The position numbers and the translations under genes were made by a program. This document shows, one piece after another, positions 20,051-29,957 of a DNA stretch of 64,000 nt; within the stretch, counting starts at the first letter, position 1, and every line of letters begins with the position of its first letter. The notes beneath the pieces are model-generated. The model made no database searches. It was not told where the DNA came from and saw nothing but the letters and a program-made list of their open reading frames with translations. Source of the stretch: an uncultured Fibrobacterota bacterium (GTDB lineage Bacteria; Fibrobacterota; Chitinivibrionia; Chitinivibrionales; FEN-1185); the NCBI GenBank assembly GCA_963753345.1, contig CAVWBU010000021.1, positions 128,001-192,000 on the forward strand, given 5' to 3'.

Positions 20051-21775
20051 TTACAGCACCGTTCCGTCGAAAATGTCAAGCACCGTTCCTATGATGGGCT
20101 CGCGGCCTATTTCGTCCTTTATCGAAAGCGACGTTCCCGCCGCCGCCGAAGGTGCCGGCGAGGTCTGCGCGGCCGGTGTGTCGGCCGGCTCAATGGTGAT
20201 GTGCAGTGCGACGTCGGTCTTGACGAATTCGCCGAGTTTCTTCTGAATCTCGTCGCGATTCTTCTTCTTTGTCACCTCGCCGAACTGGAAACGGCATGCC
20301 GCCGGGAACCGCAGCTCTATGGAATTTGCGGTCGACGAAACAATATACGCGACCGACAGGTGATAGCCGAACGCGGGCCAGTCGTGCACCAATTGTTCCA
20401 TGAACCGCGGCCACCGATCCTGCAGGTTTCCTTCGACCGGCGGCGCGGCAGGGGAGACCGCCTCTTCGCCCATGTCGATGTTCGCCTCGCCATTGTCGGG
20501 CGCCGCGTCGGTCTCAAGCACCGGCTCGGCCAGGGTCAGGCCGGGTTGTGAAATTTTTTTTTTATCCGGTACCATGGTGCCCGGCGCCGCAACCGCTGGA
20601 GCCGCCGAAGGCGGCGATGACTGCGGCGCGGCGGCCTGTGGCGCGCCGCCGAGCGATTCCAGAAGCGTTGACAGCGCAACCGTGTCGTCGAGGTGGACAA
20701 GCTTAAGGAGCAGAAGCTCCACAAGGAACCGCGGGAAGTCGGAGAACCGCAGGTCGCGCTCGGTCTTCCGCACGAGCTCGGCCATGCGCAGGAGCGTCTC
20801 CTCGGAAAACGCCGATGCGCGCTTTGCAAATGCGCCGGCCGCGTCGGCGGGAAGGTCGATGCGCGGGTTGTTCATCACGCCGGGCAGGCGGCAGAACAAA
20901 AGCGTCCGCAAATGGTCTTCGAGCCCCATCACGAACTCGCGCAGGTCGAACCCGCGCGACAGCAGGTCTTCCACTGCGGCGACGGCGGGGGAAGGGTTCT
21001 TTTCCGCAACGGCCTTCATGATGGTGTCGTACAGCTCCGTGTCGATGATGCCGAGCACGGTGCGGACCGCGGCCTCATTAATTGACTCATGCGAATACGA
21101 ATACACCTGGTCGAGCAGGCTTAAAGCGTCGCGCATGCTGCCTTCGGCCTTGCGTGCGACAATCGCGAGCGCGGCCTTGTCGAACGCGATGTTCTCGGAC
21201 GTGCAGATGTGCGCGAGCCGCGCGGTAATCTGCTCGGCCGATATCCGCCTGAAATCGAAGCGCTGGCAGCGCGAATGGATGGTGGCCGGTATTTTCTGCG
21301 GCTCGGTGGTGGCGAAGATGAAGATCACGTTTTCGGGCGGTTCTTCGAGCGTCTTGAGCAGGGCGTTGAACGCCGACTTGGACAGCATGTGCACTTCGTC
21401 GATCACGTAAATGCGGTGCTTGCCGCCCATCGACGAATACCTTACGTTCTCGCGGATCTCGCGGATGTCGTCCACCGAGTTGTTCGAGGCGCCGTCTATT
21501 TCCAGCACGTCGAAGCTTGACCCGTTGATGATGTTCTTGCACGGTTCGCATTCGCCGCAGGGCTTGGGCGTGGGGCCCTTGTCGCAGTTGAGCGCGCGCG
21601 CCAGGATGCGGGCCGTGGTGGTTTTGCCCACGCCGCGCGTGCCCGTAAAAATATAGGCATGCGCCACGCGGTTCTTCTCGATGGCCTTGATAAGCGTCTG
21701 CGTGATGTGCTCCTGGCCCACCACGTCGGCGAAACTTTGAGGACGCCATTTGCGGGCAAAAACCAAGTAACTCAT
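20051..21775 (-). CDS. dnaX: DNA polymerase III subunit gamma/tau
   Basis: ARKWRPQ, GTRGVGKTT, DEVHMLS, SRCQ. Confidence 0.96.
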   Translation of the reverse strand: MSYLVFARKWRPQSFADVVGQEHITQTLIKAIEKNRVAHAYIFTGTRGVGKTTTARILARALNCDKGPTPKPCGECEPCKNIINGSSFDVLEIDGASNNSVDDIREIRENVRYSSMGGKHRIYVIDEVHMLSKSAFNALLKTLEEPPENVIFIFATTEPQKIPATIHSRCQRFDFRRISAEQITARLAHICTSENIAFDKAALAIVARKAEGSMRDALSLLDQVYSYSHESINEAAVRTVLGIIDTELYDTIMKAVAEKNPSPAVAAVEDLLSRGFDLREFVMGLEDHLRTLLFCRLPGVMNNPRIDLPADAAGAFAKRASAFSEETLLRMAELVRKTERDLRFSDFPRFLVELLLLKLVHLDDTVALSTLLESLGGAPQAAAPQSSPPSAAPAVAAPGTMVPDKKKISQPGLTLAEPVLETDAAPDNGEANIDMGEEAVSPAAPPVEGNLQDRWPRFMEQLVHDWPAFGYHLSVAYIVSSTANSIELRFPAACRFQFGEVTKKKNRDEIQKKLGEFVKTDVALHITIEPADTPAAQTSPAPSAAAGTSLSIKDEIGREPIIGTVLDIFDGTVL

Positions 21776-21895
21776 AATAATTTTAGATTTTAGAATGTAG
21801 ATTGACGATTTAGAATACAGTACATCAGGCGTTCATCCTCGAATTGGAATACAGATTCCTTGTCCAACAAAAATAGATTATTCCCCATATATATT

Positions 21896-22303
21896 TCATT
21901 GCCCAATATGCTGGGAAGGATTTCTGGGTTTTGATTGTTTCCTGACTGTATTTATTGATGATACAATAATAGCGAGAATTTGATTCGCCTCATCGGCCAG
22001 TTGCATTACCCTGTTTTGCGGCAGAAAATTTCCTTCGGCAAGCAATTCCATCCAATAGGCAGACTCATCAGCCTCTTCTTCCACAATCTTCAATTTTGCA
22101 ATAAAATCCGCTCTTGATCTTGCTCTGCAAACCGCTCTGTAATTGGCACCAACGGAAGTCCCACTACGAAGCAATTGACGGCCCAATACCTGCGCGGACG
22201 GGTTCCGGGGCAATTCGCTGAACAACCTTATGATCTCAAGCGCAAAGGTCTTGGTGCGCAGTTTCATGGCTTCGGGAGTATACGCCACAGCAAGGTCTTC
22301 CAT
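21896..22303 (-). CDS. Four-helix-bundle protein (TIGR02436 / 23S-IVS-protein type)
   Basis: QLLRSGTSVGANY, SRADFIAKLKIVEEEADESAYW. Confidence 0.9.
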   Translation of the reverse strand: MEDLAVAYTPEAMKLRTKTFALEIIRLFSELPRNPSAQVLGRQLLRSGTSVGANYRAVCRARSRADFIAKLKIVEEEADESAYWMELLAEGNFLPQNRVMQLADEANQILAIIVSSINTVRKQSKPRNPSQHIGQ

Positions 22304-22380
22304 TAAAAAGGGAATGAACGATAAGTAACTGGACTTTATAAATCTACAATCTACAATCTTCAATCTACAATGGTAAAAGC

Positions 22381-22480
22381 GGGGCCAAGTTTACCTGCGG
22401 CACACTCAGTATCCGTTTACCGTTGCTCCCTTCCGGGCCTGGCGGGGTTCACAGACTGTCGTTGCGCAGGGCCTGGCCCC
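22381..22480 (-). ncRNA. ffs: Signal recognition particle RNA (4.5S)
   Basis: GGGGCCA...GAACCCCGCCAGGCCCGGAAGGGAGCAACGG...TGGCCCC: helix-8 GGAA tetraloop motif and closing stem, in the usual position upstream of dnaX. Confidence 0.92.
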
Positions 22481-22601
22481 ACAGTTAATTGTAGAATGTA
22501 AATTGTAGATTGTAGATTGAAATTCCGGAGACCTCGTTTCCCGGCGATGCGAAGCGTGCAAAAAATAGCATTTGCGCCGGGCCGAGCAAACGGTTGATTG
22601 C

Positions 22602-25600
22602 TCAATGCTTCATATTCTTGTTCAGCATTTCCGAAAGCTCCGCCAGGGTGAAGGGTTTGGAAATGCTTGCGGTAAAACCGTAGTCTGCGGGATTTTTCAT
22701 CACCGCATCATCGGTGTACCCGCTCGCAACAAAGATCGGGATCTCTTTGTTCAAATTCCGGATTTTTTTGACGGTTTCGATTCCGCCCATGCCTCCGGCG
22801 ACAGTGAGATCAAAAATCATCCCGCTGCATTGTCGTTTGGCACGCATTTCGCCGCCGTAGAAATCAACGGCCGCTTCGCCGTCATTCCTGCACACCACGG
22901 TGTATCCCATCGATTCGAGCATTTGTCGAAGCGTGTCCCGTACTACTTCTTCGTCGTCCATCACAAGGATTGTGCCGCTGCCCTTGTGCCTGCCGGTCGC
23001 GACTGTCTCCTTGACAACGGATTCCGGGGAAGCGGGCAGGTACACATGAAACGTGCTGCCCTTGCCCTGTTCGGATTCGACCTCGATGCAGCCTTCATGA
23101 CGGGTGATGATTGAATAACAGGTGGCGAGCCCGAGGCCGTGCCCCTTTGTTTTTGTCGTGTAGAACGGGTCGAAAATGCGGGGTATGATGTCCTTTGGTA
23201 TGCCGATGCCGTGGTCTTTGATTGACACCTTCACATAATCGCCCTTGGCCAGCGGGGGATGTTCCTTTTCTCCAAAAGAAATATTCCGGGCGGTTATTTC
23301 TATGTCCCCGCCGTTCGGCATGGCCTGCTGCGCATTGATGACGATGTTGTCGATTACCTGGCCGATCTGGTCCTTGTCGATATTGCACGGCCACAGGTTT
23401 TCGGGCAGGGAAAATTTGCACGAAATAGTCGATCCGCTGAGCGCGAAACGTGCGGTATCCTCAATGAACGGCGTCAAGGGTGTTATCTTTCTGGAGCGGG
23501 AAACCGCCCTTGGCAAAGGTCAGGAGCTGCAGGGTGAGCGACCGCGCACGGTTCATGGCCGCAAGCGTTGCCGCAAGGTATTCGGCGGTCTTCGCATCCT
23601 TCGATGAGGAACGGGCCAGGTCGATGTAACCGAAAATGCCGGTAAGCAGGTTGTTGAAATCGTGCGCAATGCCGCCGGCGAGCACGCCGAGCGAGTCGAG
23701 TTTCTGCTTCTGGTTAAGCTGGTCTTCGAGCGCCTTGCGGACTTCATCGGCCTTTCTGCGTTCGGAAATGTCTTCAATCAGGAACAAAAGGTGGTTTTCC
23801 CCGCCTGCGGAAAAAGGGGCGAACGAGGTGTTGAACCATGCGGTTTTCCCGAACGACGAGATGCTGCGGATTTCCTGTGTGACTGGTTTCCCTCCTGTCA
23901 ATGCACGGTCGGCACTTTCCAGAAGGCCATCGCGTTTCCAGGTTCCAAGGCTCCGGAAATTCTGCGCGAGCAGTTGTTCCGTCGTGCCGCCGATGATTCT
24001 CGCGGCCGCCTGGTTTGCCGATACGCATTCCCCCGATGCCTTGTAGACAAGCATTCCCACCGGAGACGATTCCAGTATCATTTTGTTGAAGGAAAGCGCC
24101 TCCATAATCTCCTGCTGGGCATGCTGCACGGCCTCCTGGGCCTGCTTGCGCTCGGTGATGTCGCGCACAATGCCCTGAAACCTGCCGTCTCCCAGCATTT
24201 TTCCGCTTATTTCGGTATAGACAACCGATCCGTCTTTCCGGCGCATTCGTCTTTCGCTTATGACCGTTTCTACGGACAGAAGTTCCTTGAATTTGATCGG
24301 GGAGGATGTGATTTCTTCGGGAAGCAGCAAGTCTTTCATTCCAAGGTGCAATATTTCCTCGCGTGAATAGCCGAGCATGGAAGTCGCCCGAACATTGGCA
24401 TCGGTGTAGTTCCCGTCCTTGATCGGAAATGAATATTGCGTCCGACGCCTGCTCCATGAGCGTGCGATAGTTGCTTTCGCTGTTCCGCAGCTCTTGCTCC
24501 ATGCGTTTGCGTTCGGTGATGTCTTGGACTATGGACAGGATGCACGCCCGGTGGCCCAGTCTGATCACCTGGGCGGAAAGCATCACCGTTTTGAAATCGC
24601 CCTTCTTTCCCTGCAACGTCGTTTCAAGGCCGTTAACGGGGCGGCCCTCGCGGAGAGCCGTTAGCATCCGCTGCCGGTCCTTTTCGTCAACCCACAATTT
24701 CAGGCTGAGCGTTGAGCTGGCGAGTGATTCTTCCCGGCTGAACCCCGACAGGGCGGTGAACGCGTCGTTGACCTCGATAATCCTGCCATCGTCCAAGTTT
24801 CCAATCATGTAGGCATAGGGAGAAGTCTTGAACGCCGTGGAAAGCGTTCCTCGCTCTCGCGCAGCGCAATCTCCGCCTGCTTGCGCGCGGTGATGTCGCG
24901 CGTGACGGCCACAAACGATACGGGCTTGCCCTCCGCATCCGTGATTGCCGTCGCGCTCAGTTCCCCATCAAATTGAGAGCCGTCCTTTTTGACAAAACGA
25001 TATTCAATATTGTTGACGAGCTTTCCCCGTCAGAGTTTTCTGCAAGTTTGAACCGGCGCGTTCATGTTCGTCCGGCGGAAACAGATCGAACGCACTTTTT
25101 CCGATCAGGTCTTCCGGACGTTCATACCCGTGCATGAGCGCAGTCTGGCGGTTGCACATGAGAATTCTGCCGCTCAGGTCGGTCTGCGTGATCGCGTCGG
25201 GCGAGGACTCGACCAGGGCGCGATAACGTATTTCGCTTTCTCTGAGCGCTTCTTCCATGCGTTTGCGCTCGGTGATGTCGCGGATAGCGGTCACCCTGAC
25301 CGTGCGCCCCTGGTAGTTTATTGATCTGCTACTGAGTTCGCCATTGAAAGTCGCGCCGTCCTTTCTCAGCCCTGTCGCTTCATACGGTTTTTCATAGCCG
25401 GAAAGAAAATTGTTGCGGACCAAGTCACGCGACTGGGGCGCGGCAAGGGTTAGAACGTTCATACCGATTAATTCCGAAAGTTTATAGCCGAACAGGTCGG
25501 CCATGGCCTGGTTCGCATCCAGAATCAGGCCTTTATCGTGAATGGCAATTCCTTCGAAACTGGCCTGGGCCAAACGGCTGAAACGTTCTTTACTTTCTTT

Positions 25601-25993
25601 AAGCCCATCCTCGGCCTGCTTGCGCTCGGTGATATTTTCAACCATGATGACAAAGTGTTCTTTCTCGGGGGAATGCACCACCATGTTCAGCCACAACTTC
25701 AGCCGTTCTATGGGTCGCTCAAAATGCTCGGGCCTGCCGGACAGTGCCACCCGTCCGTAGATTGCAAACAGTTCCTTGTTGGATTGCCAGACGCCGGGAA
25801 GGAGTTCCGTGACCTTTTTTCCAATTACATTTCCGAGTCCGGTCAATTTTCCGTATGCCTTGTTGACGTCAAGATAGATGAAATCGATTGGTTTGCCGGA
25901 CTTGAAAATCATCTTGCAGTGAGCAAAGCCGATGGGCATGTCTTTGACAAGGCGTTGATAGCAGTCGGCATGGCTGTCGCTCTCTTTCTTCAT
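22602..25993 (-). CDS. Multi-PAS hybrid sensor histidine kinase/response regulator (split by about 4 frameshifts)
   Basis: Repeated PAS/PAC (DITERK), H-box GGIAHDFNNLL, FDPFYTTK..GHGLGL, receiver ILVMDDEE..SKPF across successive ORFs. Confidence 0.8.
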
Positions 25994-26291
25994 GGGTGTG
26001 ATCCTTTCCCCCCGGTCCGTTGACGGGCGGGATTTTGAGGACCAGTTTTGTGTTTTTCTTCTTTTCGCTGCCATGAGAATGTCGGCACTCCATGGGGCGC
26101 CGCCGCCTTTACCGCGACGCGCCCCGTCTCCTAAAAGTCAAAGTCCCTTAGACAAACTAAGTATTGCACAAAAGCAACGCAAATTTACAACATTTTTCGT
26201 TTTTGACCTATTAATCCGGTCATTATACTGCAACCGCTCGCCCATAGCATGTCGAAAGGTGAACGAAAAGTGCTGAAATCTAGACGGAATA

Positions 26292-26326
26292 GCCGTTCGT
26301 GGCGAGCTTGTCGAACCATGAACGGC
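26292..26326. repeat. REP-like palindrome
   Basis: GCCGTTCGTGG-CGAGCTTGTCGAA-CCATGAACGGC. Confidence 0.5.
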
Positions 26327-26467
26327 AAGAGATAGACTTCTTCAACACCCTGTTAGGGCATCGCACAGATGCGAAAATCAAATCGAAGGCCGGGTTTCTC
26401 GATGTAAATTTCCTTTTCGGTCCTTGAGGGTGCAGAGCGTTTTGTCGTCGATGTCAATGGAGGAACG

Positions 26468-27301
26468 GTGAACAACAAAGTGAAGATCGAGCTCGGAGAG
26501 GTCCAGAGAACGCTGCTTATCCCTTTGTTCGGCCGCGCGCTGGAGTACGAGAAAGAGCACCCGCTTATCAAGGATAGGTACGCTTATAAGATTGTAAAGA
26601 GGCTTGATTACAATTTTGCCGCCGGGTTCAAGCAGGCGCCCACGCAGTTTACGACAAACAGCGCCATTCGCGCCTATCATCTTGACAAGGCGGTCGCGGA
26701 TTTCATAGACCGGCATCCCGACGGCACTATCGTGAACATCGGAGCGGGACTCGATACCACGTTTCACCGGCTCGACAACGGCACGATATTCTGGTATGAT
26801 CTCGACCTTCCGGATTCGATCGACCTGCGCCGGAAGCTTATCCCGGAAGGCGAACGGAATAAGTGTGTCGCAAAGTCGGTGTTCGACCGGACATGGTTCC
26901 GCGACATCAAAGAACGGCGCTCAAAGGTTTTCTTCATGGCCGGCGGGGTGCTCGTCTATCTGAAGGAAAAAGAAATTAGAAAACTGTTCGTTGACTTGAT
27001 AGAGGAGTTTCCCGGCAGTGAAATTATGTTTGACATTTATTCAAGAATATTCGCGTGGTTAAGAAACCATGCGCTTGCGCAACGGCGGAAGGACAGGTTG
27101 GAACTGTTTGTTCGCTGGCAATGGGGCGTCAATTCGGCAAAAGCGATTGCCCGATGGAGTGACAAAATACGAGTTCTTGATGAATTTCCCTATTATTCAA
27201 GAATTGATCTCGAAGAATATTGGGACGAGAAGGTTCTTGCTCCGCTCAAGTTTATGAACTTCTTTAAAGTGATGAAGATGGTGCGGCTTGGGCTCGGATA
27301 A
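26468..27301 (+). CDS. Class I SAM-dependent methyltransferase (LCM/TcmP-like)
   Basis: TLLIPL..RA, IVNIGAGLDT, WYDLDLP. Confidence 0.85.
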   Translation: MNNKVKIELGEVQRTLLIPLFGRALEYEKEHPLIKDRYAYKIVKRLDYNFAAGFKQAPTQFTTNSAIRAYHLDKAVADFIDRHPDGTIVNIGAGLDTTFHRLDNGTIFWYDLDLPDSIDLRRKLIPEGERNKCVAKSVFDRTWFRDIKERRSKVFFMAGGVLVYLKEKEIRKLFVDLIEEFPGSEIMFDIYSRIFAWLRNHALAQRRKDRLELFVRWQWGVNSAKAIARWSDKIRVLDEFPYYSRIDLEEYWDEKVLAPLKFMNFFKVMKMVRLGLG

Positions 27302-27382
27302 TAAATCAAGAATATTGGGCGTTCTCCTGATTGTGTAGAGGCGCAGTCCATTTCCCTATCTAAATCATTATTTCATCTTCAA

Positions 27383-28330
27383 TTATCTATTTTGTAAATA
27401 AACCACAAATATCCCTCTCCCTGCTTCTCTTCCTACATCAAATTGCCTCGTCATTAATCTGCTCTTATACCACACCAGCTTCCCACCGATATCATAAACA
27501 TAAACATCGCAAGGCATCTTAAAAGTCATTGGAACTGTAATTCTTCCCGCCACCGACACAAAAGTTCCATGATGTAATGAAACTGAAGAAGGAACCGAAT
27601 AGTTACCTTTTACAATCTTTGTCGTCGGTTCCATGCTCGACGTCGAGTCCAGGCTCATGGTGTCGATCCTTGCATGGATGGTGTCGACAACGGTGTGGTT
27701 GAGTGCCACGAAGCCGAAACCCGGCGCGGTGCAATTATTTGTAAAGCACCCGGCAATCGAGATGGCGGAGCACTGGCCGGAGAACAGGGAATCGTACGCG
27801 AGGGAGATATGCGAGTCGCTCGCCCGCAGCGCGGTTCCGGGTATGCCTTTTGCGCCGCAGTAGCAGACCATGGCGTTCTGGTAGCTCACGCCGTACCCTC
27901 CGCCGTCGCCGCCCCGTATGGTGCATTCGAAAAAGGCCACGGTCGAGCTGTCGATAATGATTGCGTCGCTTCCGTCTTTCCCGTCGAGGGCCGGCACGCT
28001 CTTGCAGCTGTTGTTGTTGTTGCCGCTAACTCCCTTTGCCCCGGCAAACCGCAGCATTTCCGCCGAGCACGTGCTGTTGTCAATGAGCAGCACTTTACTG
28101 ATGATTGTCGGGACGGAGGAGGAAGCGCCTTGCACCACAAGGTTGACTTTGTCCACTATCCTGATGGTGTCCAAGTCCTTGACCGTATCGCAGATTATGG
28201 TATCATTGCTTCCCGATGCGTTGATTGCGGTTTGCAGCAGGGGATAGTCCTGCGGGACGTGATAGGTGTTTGCGAGGATCGCGGCGGGTAGTGCTAGTAT
28301 CGCCATACAATATAGGTATAAACCTCGCAT
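27383..28330 (-). CDS. Secreted Cys-rich hypothetical protein with T9SS-like C-terminal domain (ORF extends to 28369)
   Basis: Signal peptide, VPQDYP.LQ.AI beta-helix cap motif, C-terminal VYDIGGKLV...GIFVV. Confidence 0.6.
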   Translation of the reverse strand: MRGLYLYCMAILALPAAILANTYHVPQDYPLLQTAINASGSNDTIICDTVKDLDTIRIVDKVNLVVQGASSSVPTIISKVLLIDNSTCSAEMLRFAGAKGVSGNNNNSCKSVPALDGKDGSDAIIIDSSTVAFFECTIRGGDGGGYGVSYQNAMVCYCGAKGIPGTALRASDSHISLAYDSLFSGQCSAISIAGCFTNNCTAPGFGFVALNHTVVDTIHARIDTMSLDSTSSMEPTTKIVKGNYSVPSSVSLHHGTFVSVAGRITVPMTFKMPCDVYVYDIGGKLVWYKSRLMTRQFDVGREAGRGIFVVYLQNR

Positions 28331-28420
28331 TAATGGCCTCCATGGATTTGGTTGCGTGATATTACTCAATTATATCCTGGTTCCGGCAGATTGTCGATGA
28401 TATCAAAATAAAGAAAAGAG

Positions 28421-28590
28421 TTGGGCGTTCCCCTCGCTGCACTCGGGTCGGTCCACCCCTTCGGGTGCTTCCAAGGGTCGTCCCTCCGGTCTCGGGCTCG
28501 CCCTCGGGCCGCCTCGGCCCCTATGCCGGCGTACCGGCGGGGTCCGGGCGGCATCCCGCCATAGCGGGACCTCCGGTCGCCCCTAACGCG
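28421..28590 (+). repeat. Repeat family B, copy 5
   Basis: TTGGGCGTTCCCC...GGGTCGG...CCTCCGGTCGCCCCTAACGCG. Confidence 0.85.
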
Positions 28591-28691
28591 CGGCAGAGGA
28601 AGTCTTATCAGTCAACTACTTTATCTTGCGCCAATTGGTATCCGGAAATCGGGGCTTCTTCAATATGTTTTCTACTTTTCAACTGCTCCTC

Positions 28692-28837
28692 GTGGGTGCC
28701 GCCACAACAATGCATAGTCTTGCAGCTGCTTTATCAAGGCGGCTACCCTAGAGGGGGTAGCGCAAGACCGGCGCGGAATGCGGTGAACTTTGATGATGTG
28801 AGCGCCGGGCCGCAGCGAGGGGGAACCTTCCCCCGCC
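28692..28837 (+). repeat. Repeat family A, copy 5
   Basis: Close to copy 1, including the GCCGCC/GGCGGC stem variant. Confidence 0.85.
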
Positions 28838-28928
28838 TAAATCATTGCTTTATGACTTTTGTCGAAATATCACCCTGGCGATAATCGAAAACTCAAGAAT
28901 AGAGGAAGATGGTGATGAAGGGTGGCCA

Positions 28929-28958
28929 TTGACACTAGAGGTCAGGTCAAGGTATATT
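28929..28958 (+). promoter_or_regulatory. Putative sigma70 promoter of the yajC-def operon
   Basis: TTGACA-N18-TATATT upstream of yajC. Confidence 0.55.
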
Positions 28959-29016
28959 TGTAGCCTAAAATTCATAATTATAGGTAATGAAACTTGTAAT
29001 AACGAAAGGACAATTC

Positions 29017-29412
29017 ATGCGCTCCTCCCTGACCGCTGGCCTCGTGATGCTCAACAGTGCGGCATTGTTCGCCCAGACCGCCACAGGCTCCCAGCCCGGC
29101 ACCAAGAACATGATGCCCACCCTCCTCATGATGGGCGTTGTGTTTGCCATTATTTACTTCCTCATGATCCTTCCGCAGCAGAAGAAGCAGAAGGAGACCC
29201 AGAACATGCTCAAGAACGTGAAAAAGGGCGACCGGATTGTGACCGTCGGCGGCTTGCTCGGGACCGTTGGCAACGTGAAGGACGACACGGTGATGGTGAA
29301 GATCGCGGACAACACGGTGGTCGAATTCAGAAAAAGCGCAATCGGCTCGATCCTGAGCGACGTAAAGACAGGAGACAAGACCGAACCCGACAAGCTGGAG
29401 AAAAAGGCGTAA
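29017..29412 (+). CDS. yajC: Preprotein translocase subunit YajC
   Basis: YFLMILPQQKKQK, KKGDRIVTVGGLLG. Confidence 0.92.
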   Translation: MRSSLTAGLVMLNSAALFAQTATGSQPGTKNMMPTLLMMGVVFAIIYFLMILPQQKKQKETQNMLKNVKKGDRIVTVGGLLGTVGNVKDDTVMVKIADNTVVEFRKSAIGSILSDVKTGDKTEPDKLEKKA

Positions 29413-29417
29413 TTTTC

Positions 29418-29957
29418 ATGCTCCACATCCATTATTACGGCGATCCTATATTACGGAGAAAAGCCAGGCAGGTTGCGGCGTTCGACGACGAGCTCGGCGC
29501 GCTGGTGGACGACATGATCGAGACCATGGCCGAGAACGACGGCGTGGGGCTGGCCGCTCCGCAGGTGGGACAGTCGAAGCGCCTCGTGGTGATCGACGCC
29601 ACCAAGGGCGAGGCGCCGCCGTTCGTGCTTGTCAATCCGGTATTCACCTATTTGTCCGACGATCTCGTGGAGCGCGAGGAGGGATGCCTGAGCTTTCCCG
29701 ACATACATCTGGATATCAAACGTCCCTCCGTTGTGTCCGTCAGGGCCTTTGACAGGGCCGGAAAAGAATTCAGCATTGACAAGGCGGACGATCTTCTCGC
29801 CCGCGCGCTTCAGCATGAGATGGACCATCTGGACGGCCTGGTCATCACCGACCACATTTCGCTGCTCCAGCGCAGGCTTTTGTCCGGCAAGCTCAAGAAG
29901 ATCGCGGCCATGGCGCCCGGCAAGGCTGTGCGCGAAAGTAAAGCAAAAGCCGTGTGA
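29418..29957 (+). CDS. def: Peptide deformylase
   Basis: GVGLAAPQVG, EGCLS, QHEMDHL. Confidence 0.95.
   Translation: MLHIHYYGDPILRRKARQVAAFDDELGALVDDMIETMAENDGVGLAAPQVGQSKRLVVIDATKGEAPPFVLVNPVFTYLSDDLVEREEGCLSFPDIHLDIKRPSVVSVRAFDRAGKEFSIDKADDLLARALQHEMDHLDGLVITDHISLLQRRLLSGKLKKIAAMAPGKAVRESKAKAV

Noticed and set aside
21896-22303. Four-helix-bundle gene as the Avd of a diversity-generating retroelement
   Set aside because: No reverse transcriptase and no TR/VR pair with adenine-specific differences is visible in the window.
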